Source of the DNA: Flavobacteriales bacterium | GTDB lineage: Bacteria; Bacteroidota; Bacteroidia; UBA10329 | Direction: 5' to 3' | Assembly (NCBI GenBank): GCA_016124845.1 | Contig: WGMW01000055.1 | Location: forward strand, 3,163-67,162 | DNA length: 64,000 nucleotides | Shown: positions 17,708-27,587 of the stretch, in pieces | Layout of the letters: the number at the start of each line of letters is the position of its first letter | Position numbering within the stretch: position 1 is the stretch's first letter | Position numbers and translations under genes: made by a program | Notes under the pieces: generated by a model | Told to the model about the DNA's origin: nothing | The model's database searches: none | Seen by the model: the letters and a program-made list of their open reading frames with translations, nothing else

Positions 17708-18742
17708 ATGAATCCACACAACTTCCGCGCCTTTGTACTGATAATTCTCGCTTCGGTTACATTTTCTTCGTGCGAAAAGGTGGAAAAGCCGCAAACCCAA
17801 CGCACGGCCAAGGGCGATGTGGTCCTTGGCGGAACGTTGGCCGTGGCTCTCCCGAAGGGTGAAGTGACGCTGTTGCCCGCTCAGATCGTTGATGCGTCAT
17901 CTTCCGAGATCGGGTTGCATCTGCACGGTTGTTTGGTGGCACTCGACCCGAAAACGCTGGAAGCGATTCCGTCCATTGCAGAGAGCTGGTCGGCCGATGA
18001 AAGTGGCACGTCTTATATTTTCTCTATTCGAAGAGACGTGAAATTCCACGCGAATGAGTGTTTCGGGAACGGGTCGCGGGATGTGACGGCCCATGATTTC
18101 GTGTACAGCTTCAAACAATTGTGTGCAAGTGATTCCAAGGCTTTCGGTAGCACATTCGCCAATCGCGTAGAAGGTGCCGATGTTTTTCATGCAGGAAGCG
18201 CGCCAGAAATTTCAGGCGTTCAGGCAATTGATGATTATACGTTGAGGATTGAGTTGATGAAACCCGATCCATCATTCCTTTTTGTGCTTGCACAGCCTTC
18301 AACAGCGGTTATTTCAGAAATCGCCATGGAGAAGTATGGTGCCGAAAGCAAAGTGGGAGCGGGCGCATTCATGTATGGCTCAGATGCCGATGGAATTGCC
18401 CTCGTTCGTAATCCGGAATACTTTGTCCAAGATGCGTTCGGCAACCGATTGCCCTACCTCGACACGCTCGTTTTCAGGGAAATTGCTGGAAAGGAAGCGC
18501 AGTTGGAAGCGTTCTTTGAAGGTAAGATCGATCTGGTCTCGGGACTTTATCTCGACCCGGTGCGTTCTATTCTGGAAACAAAAATGGACAGCTTTTCGGG
18601 CGAGCATCCTGCGTATATCATGGAACGCGAGTCGGAATCGGTCGGATTTGAATCGTACAGTATTTACCGCGCAGATCTGAAAGGCTTTGGAAGCAACTTC
18701 ATGGGCTTTCGCGATTTTTTGCGGGTGCAGATCGAACAATAA
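17708..18742 (+). CDS. family-5 solute-binding-protein-like lipoprotein, short (344 aa)
   Basis: MNPHNFRAFVLIILASVTFSSCEK is a lipobox. AESWSADESGTSYIFSIRRDVKFH is typical of SBP_bac_5. The protein seems to lack roughly the C-terminal third of usual family members. The ORF-track start 17690 is a TTG. Confidence 0.6.
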   Translation: MNPHNFRAFVLIILASVTFSSCEKVEKPQTQRTAKGDVVLGGTLAVALPKGEVTLLPAQIVDASSSEIGLHLHGCLVALDPKTLEAIPSIAESWSADESGTSYIFSIRRDVKFHANECFGNGSRDVTAHDFVYSFKQLCASDSKAFGSTFANRVEGADVFHAGSAPEISGVQAIDDYTLRIELMKPDPSFLFVLAQPSTAVISEIAMEKYGAESKVGAGAFMYGSDADGIALVRNPEYFVQDAFGNRLPYLDTLVFREIAGKEAQLEAFFEGKIDLVSGLYLDPVRSILETKMDSFSGEHPAYIMERESESVGFESYSIYRADLKGFGSNFMGFRDFLRVQIEQ

Positions 18743-18766
18743 TCGCGCAAGCGGATTTCTTAGAAC

Positions 18767-19471
18767 ATGGATCTAAAAGATAAAGTAGCGCTGGTGACGG
18801 GCGGGAGCAACGGCATTGGCAAACAGACCGCGCTTCAACTGGTGAACGAAGGCGCTAAGGTGTACATCACTGGAAGAAACAAGGAACGACTGGAAGCAGC
18901 GGCCAACGAGATCGGTGCCATTCCCATTTTGGCAGATTCCTCCATTCAGGATGACGTGAATCGGACGTTTAAACAGATCACAGAAGAGAACTCATCGTTT
19001 GACATTCTGATCAACAACGCAGGTTTCGGTGCTGGTTGGGCAGAGATCGGAGAACTGAACATGGATGACATGCTCCGCGTGTATCAGACCAATGTTTTCG
19101 GTGCGGCCATGATGGGTCAGGCCGCGGCCAACGTTTTCAGGAAACAGAGGTCTGGGAATATTGTGAACATCGGTTCCACCGCCTCGCTGAAAGGTTATGC
19201 CAAAGGCAGCATCTATGCATCATCCAAATTTGCGCTGCGCGGATTGAGCCAATGCTGGCAGGCCGATCTTCGTCCGTTCAATGTGCGCGTCATGCACATG
19301 AATCCATCGGAGGTGACCACCGCGTTTGGCAATCCGAGCGGAGAAAACAGGGCGGAGGTTTCCAACAAACTGAGACCGAAAGAAATTGCGGATGTCATCA
19401 TCTCTCAACTGAAAATGGACGACCGTGGATTTGTGCCCGAGGTCACGGTTTGGGCAACAAATCCTTGGTGA
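18767..19471 (+). CDS. SDR-family oxidoreductase
   Basis: TGGSNGIG cofactor motif, NNAG, and the YASSK catalytic motif. Confidence 0.88.
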   Translation: MDLKDKVALVTGGSNGIGKQTALQLVNEGAKVYITGRNKERLEAAANEIGAIPILADSSIQDDVNRTFKQITEENSSFDILINNAGFGAGWAEIGELNMDDMLRVYQTNVFGAAMMGQAAANVFRKQRSGNIVNIGSTASLKGYAKGSIYASSKFALRGLSQCWQADLRPFNVRVMHMNPSEVTTAFGNPSGENRAEVSNKLRPKEIADVIISQLKMDDRGFVPEVTVWATNPW

Positions 19472-19497
19472 TCTACGCGTTTCGCGTAGCCGAATGT

Positions 19498-19505
19498 TAT
19501 ATTTG
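19498..19505 (+). promoter_or_regulatory. candidate -7 box TATATTTG
   Basis: Matches TAnnTTTG. It lies 27 nt upstream of ATG 19532. Confidence 0.45.
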
Positions 19506-19531
19506 AGAATCGTAACCTCTGACCGCGTGGT

Positions 19532-21001
19532 ATGATTCGAAAATTTACGCTTCTACTTTCTTTCCCCTTTCTCATGTTTTCGATCGCTCTTGGTCAGCCA
19601 AGTACGGTTACGGTCGGCAACACCACGCTTGATGTACGCGTGGTGATCCAAGGAAACAACGAGAGCAATGGCATCGACATTCCGTGGGAGATCCAATGGG
19701 GGCCGGATGATCATATTTGGATGACGGAGCGCTATGGCCGCGTGAGCCGATTGGATCCAACCACCGGTGACAGAACCACGATCCTTGACCTTACCAATAC
19801 GGTTTACGACAACACGGAATCGGGGCTTTTGGGCTTGGCACTTCATCCCGATTTTGAGAACACGCCACAGGTTTTTCTCGCGTACACCTACTATAGTGGA
19901 GGCATCAAAGAACGGGTTGTGCGGTACGATTACAACACCAGCTCGGGGATGCTTGAAAATCCGTTGACGCTGGTTGATGCGATCAACGGGAACACAACGC
20001 ACGTGGGTTGCAGGCTGATGATTCTGCCAGACAATACGCTGCTTGCCACCACGGGCGATTACCAGAACCAGTCATCTCCGCAGAATGAGAATTCTGTGAA
20101 CGGCAAGATCCTGAGAATGAATTTGGATGGCAGCATACCGGCTGATAATCCCTTCGGCCCGAACAGTTACCTCTACAACATTGGCCACAGAAACGCACAA
20201 GGAATGGTGCTTGCGCCCAACGGCAATCTCTACAGTTCGGAACACGGCCCCACCACCAATGATGAGCTGAACATTATTGTGGCAGGAGGAAATTACGGCT
20301 GGCCGGATGTGGAAGGTTTCTGCAACCTGAGCGGGGAACTTTCGGCATGCGCCTCCATGACCGATTATCAGGATCCGATCGCCATCTGGTACGAGAATTC
20401 GACCATTGCGCCATCCGATCTTATCTGGTACGATCATCCTGCCATTCCAGAATGGCAAGGAAAATTATTGATGACGGTGCTCAAGGCAGAACACTTGAAG
20501 GTGATAGAGGTGGACAACGTGGATGGAACTACGGTCGTTGGACAGGAAATTCTGTTCAATGACGACCATGCGGCCAATCCGGGCTCATCTTTCAGCAACG
20601 GTCTTTTCGATCGCTTACGCGACATCTGCATGGCACCGGATGGTCGCGTATTTCTGGCTACCAACGGACCGTCTTGGGGAACAAGCCTCACGTGGCAGAA
20701 TTCCATTATCGAATTGAAAAATTCGGCTTACACACCAACATCTGTGGCAGAGCCGATGGCTGTGGTACACACACAGGTTTACCCCAATCCGAGCAATGGA
20801 TCTGTCAATCTGGTTTTCGACAATGGCCTGATCGGATCTGCGTTTACCATTGCGGATCAATTGGGCCGAATGGTTTATTCTGGCGTGGTTAAGACAAGGA
20901 GAACAGAACTCGACCTTTCGGCCTTGGCACCGGGTTTGTATGTGCTGCGCGCGGCCAACCAAGGCCATGTATCCAACCAACAAATAATGATCAACGAATG
21001 A
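19532..21001 (+). CDS. PQQ-dependent sugar (glucose/sorbosone) dehydrogenase with T9SS type-A CTD
   Basis: Beta-propeller motifs are present (ERYGRV, GLLGLALHPDF, GHRNAQG, GGNYGWP). The C-terminus reads VYPNPSNGSVNLVF...LAPGLYVLRA. Confidence 0.82.
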   Translation: MIRKFTLLLSFPFLMFSIALGQPSTVTVGNTTLDVRVVIQGNNESNGIDIPWEIQWGPDDHIWMTERYGRVSRLDPTTGDRTTILDLTNTVYDNTESGLLGLALHPDFENTPQVFLAYTYYSGGIKERVVRYDYNTSSGMLENPLTLVDAINGNTTHVGCRLMILPDNTLLATTGDYQNQSSPQNENSVNGKILRMNLDGSIPADNPFGPNSYLYNIGHRNAQGMVLAPNGNLYSSEHGPTTNDELNIIVAGGNYGWPDVEGFCNLSGELSACASMTDYQDPIAIWYENSTIAPSDLIWYDHPAIPEWQGKLLMTVLKAEHLKVIEVDNVDGTTVVGQEILFNDDHAANPGSSFSNGLFDRLRDICMAPDGRVFLATNGPSWGTSLTWQNSIIELKNSAYTPTSVAEPMAVVHTQVYPNPSNGSVNLVFDNGLIGSAFTIADQLGRMVYSGVVKTRRTELDLSALAPGLYVLRAANQGHVSNQQIMINE

Positions 21002-21738
21002 GATTTTTACAACTTACAATTGCTTGTCTGTTTTTGAGCGCACCTTTGTTTGCGCAGGTAAGCAATGCAGAGTTTGACAACATTGCCAAGAAGTTTGAGA
21101 AAGGGAGTTACGAGTCGGCATTGGAAACGGCCGAGTCGCTGATGGATAACGATAAGCATAGGAAGAAACCCGAACCCTATCTGTGGGCATCCATGTGTTT
21201 CTACGAACTTTCAAAATCGGACGACCCGAAGATCCAGGAGCGTTTCAAATCGGCCATGCGCGATGCGTTGAAGTATGCAGGAAAGGCGGTTTCGAAGGAT
21301 AAGAACGGGGATATTGTAAGTGACAACCAAGAGTATTTCGACCTGATGAAGAAGGAAGGAATTGCTGTGGCACAGGCGTACGAGAAAGAAGAAGACTACC
21401 GAAAGGCATCTTACACCTACAAGCAGATACAGGATTTCGCTCCCCAAGACCCCTATGTACAGTTTGCAAAAGGCGTAACCGACATTCGGTTGAGTTCCAT
21501 GTATGAGGCGGAAAAGGAGATCGGGGCAAGCTTTCCTGTGTTGGAGGAGAAATACCGCGACCTGAATTATAAACCCGATCCGATCAGCTCACCGTTACTC
21601 AAAGACGCGGTGATTTATTACATCGATCACCTTACCCAGAACAACTATTTGGATTCGGCCAGAACGGTGTTGCTCACTGCAAGGGTTTTCTTCCCTTTGG
21701 ACGAGGACATCAAAAAGAAGCTACAGGATCTGGAGTGA
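20998..21738 (+). CDS. secreted helical (TPR-like?) hypothetical protein
   Basis: Signal peptide MRFLQLTIACLFLSAPLFAQ. Its start shares an ATGA overlap with the upstream stop. No recognised catalytic motif. Confidence 0.55.
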   Translation: MRFLQLTIACLFLSAPLFAQVSNAEFDNIAKKFEKGSYESALETAESLMDNDKHRKKPEPYLWASMCFYELSKSDDPKIQERFKSAMRDALKYAGKAVSKDKNGDIVSDNQEYFDLMKKEGIAVAQAYEKEEDYRKASYTYKQIQDFAPQDPYVQFAKGVTDIRLSSMYEAEKEIGASFPVLEEKYRDLNYKPDPISSPLLKDAVIYYIDHLTQNNYLDSARTVLLTARVFFPLDEDIKKKLQDLE

Positions 21739-23220
21739 TCAAACTCTGAACCCGATCAGGCAGATATCATCCACCTGAGGATTGTTTCCACGCCACTCGG
21801 CAAAACGGATCTGTACGGTTTCGAGATGAAGTTCGGCAGAGAGATTGGTCATCTCTGCAAGCCAATTGGTCAACCGCTTGCGAAGCAGTTTTTTCGACTC
21901 CGTTCCTCCGAACTGATCCTGAAGGCCGTCAGAATAAAGATAGTAGGTACAGTCGGTCCTCAGTTTCAATGTGGTGTTTACAAAAGGCACTTGCTCCGCA
22001 AGAAAGTGTTCGCCAATGCCGCGCTTTGCACCACTTACGTGTTCATTTTCGGATGAACAAACGATGGTGAGCGGTCGTCTTGCTCCAGAAAAAATGATCT
22101 TCTCAGATGAACGGTCGATCAAACAGATTCCAAGGTCCATTCCATCCGTTCCCTTGGTCGGGTCTGAACCCTGGTCGGTGAAGGTTTCGTGGATCTTCTG
22201 ATCCAAACGTTCCAGAATCTCGGCAGGAGAATCGGTCTTCTGTTCCACCACGATCTCATTCAAATAACTGTGACCCATAATGGACATGAGCGCCCCTGGA
22301 ACGCCATGACCCGTACAATCGGCCACGGCTATCAAAGCACGGTTTTCATCCAACTGGTGAAACCAGTAGAAATCGCCACTCACAATATCTCGAGGCCGAT
22401 TGAACACGAAACAATGGCTGAAGAATGCGCTCATTTCCGCTTGCGTGGGAAGCATGGTCTCTTGGATGGTGCGCGCGTATTCCAAGCTGCTCATCACCTC
22501 ATCATTCTTTTCCTGTAGGTTATCCTTAGCTTCGGCCAAAGCAAGTTTTGAACGTTCCTCCGAACTCAATACCTGTCTAAGAACGGGGTAAGTGATCGCT
22601 CCTACCACAAGCATCACCAGCAAGGAAACAAGCACGTTTCGGATGGCTTCGCTTCGCGCTTCCATTTTGAATGAATCGAACGGATAATCGGCCTCGATCA
22701 CGGCAAATACATTTCCCTGCATGTCCTTCAACGGGTACACGGCAGAAAGCCAGGTTCCATGTTCATCCCTAAAGGGAGGAATGGTTCCACCTTCCAAGTA
22801 CATTTCGCGCAGCTTCTGTGGCGGGCTTTTGTACTGCCACCCGTATGTTTCTGCACCGTTGCTGGCCACACCACCAAAGAACACATCCCGCACAGAATCG
22901 TAACTGAGCGTGTAGATGGGTGTTTTCAGTTGATTGATTTCCACAGCATCACGAAAGAGATCGCAGTACATCTGCCACACAGGACTTTGGGAAATTCCAT
23001 TTGTGTCTCCATCCAACGGAAACTGTTGGTAAAGCTCGGAAAGTGCCTGCCGATCCACCTGTTGCGAAAGTGTGGAAGCGATCCCATAAAGTTTGGAAAG
23101 CGTACTCTGCTCCGCTTGGTGGAGCTGCCGCAGATAGTTGCTTCCGATCAAGTAGACGGAAAGGACTGCCAGTCCTCCATAAACGATGAGGAAAATCCGA
23201 ACGCTGGGTTTACGTATCAC
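21739..23220 (-). CDS. membrane sensor PP2C/SpoIIE-family serine phosphatase (Cache-like periplasmic domain)
   Basis: Two TM segments flank a ~170-aa extracytoplasmic domain. The C-terminal PP2C motifs are SGDFYWF, ADCTGHGVPGAL, YLYSDG and DDICLIGFRV. The apparent start is GTG. Confidence 0.8.
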   Translation of the reverse strand: MIRKPSVRIFLIVYGGLAVLSVYLIGSNYLRQLHQAEQSTLSKLYGIASTLSQQVDRQALSELYQQFPLDGDTNGISQSPVWQMYCDLFRDAVEINQLKTPIYTLSYDSVRDVFFGGVASNGAETYGWQYKSPPQKLREMYLEGGTIPPFRDEHGTWLSAVYPLKDMQGNVFAVIEADYPFDSFKMEARSEAIRNVLVSLLVMLVVGAITYPVLRQVLSSEERSKLALAEAKDNLQEKNDEVMSSLEYARTIQETMLPTQAEMSAFFSHCFVFNRPRDIVSGDFYWFHQLDENRALIAVADCTGHGVPGALMSIMGHSYLNEIVVEQKTDSPAEILERLDQKIHETFTDQGSDPTKGTDGMDLGICLIDRSSEKIIFSGARRPLTIVCSSENEHVSGAKRGIGEHFLAEQVPFVNTTLKLRTDCTYYLYSDGLQDQFGGTESKKLLRKRLTNWLAEMTNLSAELHLETVQIRFAEWRGNNPQVDDICLIGFRV

Positions 23221-23295
23221 TTGGCGGATGGTGAGTTTCCGCGCAGTTAACGGATCCTATGTTGCAAATGTTGCGACCTGCTGAGGCGTCAGCAT

Positions 23296-25887
23296 TTATT
23301 CGCCCAGCATGCCACGGATCATCTCGTTGGTCTCTTTGGCGCGCACTTCGTCAAGCACACCTTTGATCCTTGACACAAGCGCCTTCGCATCGTCAGATTC
23401 CTGCGATTCAGAGACTTTTTGAATTCCAGCCAACACCTGAATGGCAGAAATGCGCATCCACCATTCACCCGCGTTCAGGGCCATGTCGGTCAGCAGGTCC
23501 ATGCCTTTGGTCTGTGTCGCCACGTCCTGCTTCATCAGGTATTTTCCGAAGATCTGGATGAACACGTATTTCCCGTTCGGGTCGCTGAGTTTTTTGTAGC
23601 CGTTCAAGAAGAAATCAAGCTGTTCGGGAGAACCGTTCTGTGCATAAAGCGAGGCAATGGATGAGATCATGGAACCGCTTGCATCGGCCACGGCAGCTTT
23701 CGCAATGCTCATTGCCTTGTCTGAGTCGAAATCCGAAATGGCATTCAGCGTAGCGCCAAGCACCGCATACGATTGGTCTTTCATGCAACCTTCAATGACC
23801 GCCTGTACGTTCGGGTCAGCAGCGAATTTCTCCGCGAGAAATGCGATCGCATCAGCACGCACAAGCGATTTCGTGTCTTTCTGCGCCAGCCAGATCAATT
23901 TGTTCTTCAAGGCAGATGTATCAGCCACAGAAAGGTTCTTCAACGCCTTCAGGGCAGATCTGCGAGTTCCCCAGAATTCATCATCCAACGTTCCGAGAAT
24001 GGCTTCAACGGCATCTGGGTTTTTACTGAATTTCAGTCCCGCCAACGCTTCGGCCTTGTCCAAGTAGAGCGGAGCTTCTTTCAGCATATAGATGTACTGA
24101 TCTTCCGTCAGGGTTTCGTCTTTTGTTCCGAGCAGCATCTTCTCCGCATCCACATTCACCAGTTGCGGTTCGCCCAACACATCGAACTCAAATGTCTGCT
24201 TCTGCTCTGTCAGATCGATGCGATGACGGTCTACCGCGCCACCGAAATACACATCCACGTCCATCGGAATTCGGTACAACGGAAATTCCTTCAGATCCTG
24301 TGTCTGCTCAATGGTCACGTAGTACTTCTTGGCCTCTGCGTTGTAATCGTGTGTAATGGTCAGGCTCGGATGACCTTTGTCGAAGAACCATTGGTTGAAG
24401 AACCAGTTCAGGTCCATTCCCGTCACCTTTTCCATGGCCAAACGCAGCTGGTGCATTTCCACCGAATGGAATTTGTTCTCGGTCAGATAAACATTCAAGC
24501 CCTTGTAGAAAGCCTCATCACCGAGCGTCTTGCGCAGCATGTGCAGAATGCGTCCGCCCTTCGCGTACGAATGCGCATCGAACATATCTTCTTTGTCATC
24601 ATAATAGAAACGGATCATGTCCTTCGGCCCCGTTTGCGCCAACGATGCGATGTACTGACGCAATTGCTCATAGCCGTGCTTGTCGGCCTCGGCACGCCCG
24701 TGGCGATGCTCCAACCACATGTATTCTCCGTACGTGGCAAATGATTCGTTGAGCGGCAGATTGCTCCAGCTCTCGCATGTCACAAGGTCACCGAACCAAT
24801 GATGGAACAATTCGTGGGCAATGATCTCCTCATTGTCGCCATCGATCATCTCGCGGTCAGTCTTATTCAGAAATTCACCGTGCAGCGTGGCCGAGGTGTT
24901 TTCCATCGCGCCCGAAACGTAATCGCGCACCACGATCTGATCGTACTTTTCCCACGCATACGGATAATCGAGCACATCCGAATAGAATTGAAGCATGTTC
25001 GGAGTTTCCCCGAAAATGGCTTTTGCATACGGCTCGTAAGCAGGCTCTACGAAGTAATCCACATCAATTCCGTTCCATTTGTCCTTCACCACGGCAAATT
25101 CGCCAACGGCCATCATCACCAAATAAGGCGCGTGTGGCAACGTCTGTTTCCAATGGTCCGTTCGGGTTCCGTCTCCGTTCTGCTTTGAACTCACAAGCAG
25201 ACCATTCGACAGCGTCACATAACGGCTGTCAACGGTCATTTTGATGTCCTGCGTCATGTTCTGGTTGGGAGAATCGATGGTCGGAAACCAGCAGGAAGAC
25301 GATTCCGTTTCACCCTGCGTCCAGATCTGCTTCGGTTTGTTCTTGTCTTCACCCTTCGGGTTGATGAAGTACAGCCCTTTGGCATCGGTAATGGCTGCGC
25401 TGCCTTGGGCTTCCAGTTCTTCTGGCTTCGCGATGTAATCGACCCAAACTGTCAAGGTGTCCTTGTTTGTGTATTCGCGATCCAGCGTAATGTAGATCTT
25501 CTCTTTGTCGTAGGTGTATTTCAGCGCACTCAGGTTGCCGCCTTTCTTCAAGCTCACCGAGCGCAGGTCGAAACCTTTCGCATCCAGCGTCAGCTTGTCT
25601 GTGGCATAGAAGTAAGGCTTCAAAATGATTTCTGCCTTGCCCGACAATTGTTGCTTGGCCCAATCGAAACGGACATCCAACGTGGTGTGTATCAGGTCGA
25701 AAGCCATCGTGTTGGCCGCGCGGTATTCGCGGGTTTCGATTTCTACAGGCTCTTCCGCAACCTCTTCAACTACAACTTCTTCTGGTTCGGATACGGCAGC
25801 TTTCTCTTGCGTTTTACACGCGCTGAAACCCATGCTGATGCCCAGCACGGCAATGATCCAAGTATGTTTCTGAACGGGAATTCTCAT
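23296..25887 (-). CDS. M1-family aminopeptidase (aminopeptidase N-like) lipoprotein with HEAT-like C-terminus
   Basis: GAMEN exopeptidase motif. HELFHHWFGD...E zinc motif. Lipobox LGISMGFSAC. Confidence 0.9.
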   Translation of the reverse strand: MRIPVQKHTWIIAVLGISMGFSACKTQEKAAVSEPEEVVVEEVAEEPVEIETREYRAANTMAFDLIHTTLDVRFDWAKQQLSGKAEIILKPYFYATDKLTLDAKGFDLRSVSLKKGGNLSALKYTYDKEKIYITLDREYTNKDTLTVWVDYIAKPEELEAQGSAAITDAKGLYFINPKGEDKNKPKQIWTQGETESSSCWFPTIDSPNQNMTQDIKMTVDSRYVTLSNGLLVSSKQNGDGTRTDHWKQTLPHAPYLVMMAVGEFAVVKDKWNGIDVDYFVEPAYEPYAKAIFGETPNMLQFYSDVLDYPYAWEKYDQIVVRDYVSGAMENTSATLHGEFLNKTDREMIDGDNEEIIAHELFHHWFGDLVTCESWSNLPLNESFATYGEYMWLEHRHGRAEADKHGYEQLRQYIASLAQTGPKDMIRFYYDDKEDMFDAHSYAKGGRILHMLRKTLGDEAFYKGLNVYLTENKFHSVEMHQLRLAMEKVTGMDLNWFFNQWFFDKGHPSLTITHDYNAEAKKYYVTIEQTQDLKEFPLYRIPMDVDVYFGGAVDRHRIDLTEQKQTFEFDVLGEPQLVNVDAEKMLLGTKDETLTEDQYIYMLKEAPLYLDKAEALAGLKFSKNPDAVEAILGTLDDEFWGTRRSALKALKNLSVADTSALKNKLIWLAQKDTKSLVRADAIAFLAEKFAADPNVQAVIEGCMKDQSYAVLGATLNAISDFDSDKAMSIAKAAVADASGSMISSIASLYAQNGSPEQLDFFLNGYKKLSDPNGKYVFIQIFGKYLMKQDVATQTKGMDLLTDMALNAGEWWMRISAIQVLAGIQKVSESQESDDAKALVSRIKGVLDEVRAKETNEMIRGMLGE

Positions 25888-25919
25888 TCTATTCTTTTCT
25901 TTGGTTCCTGAATGGGCGG

Positions 25920-25927
25920 CAAAAATA
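25920..25927 (-). promoter_or_regulatory. candidate -7 box TATTTTTG (minus strand)
   Basis: The plus strand reads CAAAAATA. It lies 33 nt upstream of the aminopeptidase ATG. Confidence 0.4.
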
Positions 25928-25971
25928 GGTTAAGCCCATGTAAAGCCATGGTAATTAGTGATTTTTAAGAG

Positions 25972-26475
25972 ATGAGTAAGCGTGTAAAGGTTTCGGATTC
26001 AGAGTTTTTGGTTGAGTTTGAGGATGAAAAAAAGGCATCTGGTCAATTGAACGGAAAGCCTTTCGGTTGGGACGTGAGCCGAATTTCGGAGAACGTTTAT
26101 CACGTCATCAAAGACCATCGTTCGTACAATGTAGAGCTTTTGGGCAAGGCCGATGGCAAGCAGCGCATCAAAGTGAACGGCAACTTGTACGAGGCGGAGA
26201 CCATCGATAAATTCGATGCGCTTCTGAAGAGTTTGGGAATGGAAAAAGGCGGTGCAGGGAAAGTGAATGAACTGAAAGCACCGATGCCAGGCCTTGTTCT
26301 TCAAATAGATGTAAAACCAGGCGATGCGCTCAAAAAAGGCGACCGCGTGTTGGTGCTTGAGGCCATGAAAATGGAAAACGTCATCAAAGCACCGGCCGAT
26401 GTTACAGTAGCTTCAGTAGAAGTGGAAAAAGGAAAAACGGTGGATAAGAACCAGGTGATGGTTCGGTTCGCTTAG
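25972..26475 (+). CDS. biotin carboxyl carrier / biotin-lipoyl attachment protein
   Basis: The C-terminal biotinyl domain has the EAMKMEN motif. Confidence 0.85.
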   Translation: MSKRVKVSDSEFLVEFEDEKKASGQLNGKPFGWDVSRISENVYHVIKDHRSYNVELLGKADGKQRIKVNGNLYEAETIDKFDALLKSLGMEKGGAGKVNELKAPMPGLVLQIDVKPGDALKKGDRVLVLEAMKMENVIKAPADVTVASVEVEKGKTVDKNQVMVRFA

Positions 26476-27401
26476 TCGTTAACCAACGAAATATCGAACT
26501 GCACGAGGTCGATAAAATCCTGAACACGGTCATCGATCTCATCTTGCGTAAGTCCGATCAATCGCTCCGTTCCGAACTTCTCCACGCAGAATGAAGCCAT
26601 GGCCGAGCCGAAGATGATGGCGCGCTTCATATTATCGAACGAAATATCGCGTGTGCTGGCCAAGTAGCCGATAAATCCACCTGCAAAGCTGTCGCCAGCA
26701 CCCGTTGGGTCAAAAACTTCCTCCAACGGAAGGGCAGGAGCAAAGAACACCGAATCCTTATTGAAGAGCAACGCGCCATGCTCTCCTTTCTTAATGACCA
26801 AGTATTGAGGTCCCATTTCCAAGATGATCTGTGCGGCCTTCACCAACGAATATTCACCAGAAAGTTGACGTGCTTCCTCATCATTGATGGTCAGCACATC
26901 GATCTTCTTCAGCACTTGTTTCAGTTCATCCAAAGCGATGTCCATCCAAAAGTTCATGGTATCCAACACCACCAATTTTGGGCGGTTCGGCAGTTGGTTG
27001 ATCACTGACATCTGCACGGCAGGAGTCAAGTTTCCCAGCATGAGAAACTCACAGTTCTTGTACGAATCGAGCACAACAGGTTCGAAATCGGCCAGAACGT
27101 TCAGCTCAGTTGCCAGCGTGTCGCGTGTATTCATATCGTTGTGATACTTGCCGCTCCAGAAAAACGTCTTCTCGCCTTGTTTTATCTGAATGCCATCCGT
27201 GTTTGCGCCATGCTTGCGGAGGTTTTCCAATGCCTCTTCCGGGAAATCATCCCCAACCACAGAAACCATGTTGATTGGTTTGGTGAAATAAGATGCGGCC
27301 AACGAAATATACGTGGCAGCACCTCCAACAATTTTATCAGTTTTCCCAAATGGGGTTTCTATGGCGTCAAAGGCAACGGTTCCAACGGTAAGTAGGCTCA
27401 T
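26472..27401 (-). CDS. PfkB-family carbohydrate kinase
   Basis: The C-terminal motif DPTGAGDSFAGGF is present, on a ribokinase-like fold. Start trimmed to ATG 27401 because the ORF-track start 27428 is a TTG lying inside the predicted promoter. Confidence 0.82.
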   Translation of the reverse strand: MSLLTVGTVAFDAIETPFGKTDKIVGGAATYISLAASYFTKPINMVSVVGDDFPEEALENLRKHGANTDGIQIKQGEKTFFWSGKYHNDMNTRDTLATELNVLADFEPVVLDSYKNCEFLMLGNLTPAVQMSVINQLPNRPKLVVLDTMNFWMDIALDELKQVLKKIDVLTINDEEARQLSGEYSLVKAAQIILEMGPQYLVIKKGEHGALLFNKDSVFFAPALPLEEVFDPTGAGDSFAGGFIGYLASTRDISFDNMKRAIIFGSAMASFCVEKFGTERLIGLTQDEIDDRVQDFIDLVQFDISLVND

Positions 27402-27425
27402 TTTCAGTGAATTTGAAATTTTGGT

Positions 27426-27433
27426 CAAAGGTA
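27426..27433 (-). promoter_or_regulatory. candidate -7 box TACCTTTG (minus strand)
   Basis: The plus strand reads CAAAGGTA. It lies 25 nt upstream of ATG 27401. Confidence 0.4.
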
Positions 27434-27476
27434 TTGGATTATATGACCGAGCAAACTACATTTGCAGCCCTCAAAT

Positions 27477-27550
27477 TCCTCCTTAGCTCAGTTGGTTAGA
27501 GCATCTGACTGTTAATCAGAGGGTCCTTGGTTCGAGCCCAAGAGGAGGAG
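27477..27550 (+). tRNA. tRNA-Asn (GTT)
   Basis: TCCTCCTTAGCTCAGTTGGTTAGAGCATCTGACTGTTAATCAGAGGGTCCTTGGTTCGAGCCCAAGAGGAGGAG. The acceptor stem TCCTCCT/AGGAGGA pairs. The anticodon loop is CTGTTAA. Confidence 0.93.
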
Positions 27551-27553
27551 CAG

Positions 27554-27581
27554 AAACCCGATCGAGAGATCGGGTTTTTTT
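27554..27581 (+). terminator. rho-independent terminator after tRNA-Asn
   Basis: Stem AAACCCGATC/GATCGGGTTT with a GAGA loop. It is followed by a T-run. Confidence 0.85.
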
Positions 27582-27587
27582 GTGCCT

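Noticed and set aside
23773-24744. A 323-aa plus-strand ORF inside the aminopeptidase gene.
   Set aside because: It is antisense to a gene with unambiguous GAMEN and HExxH motifs. It has no recognisable motifs and the typical composition of a shadow ORF.
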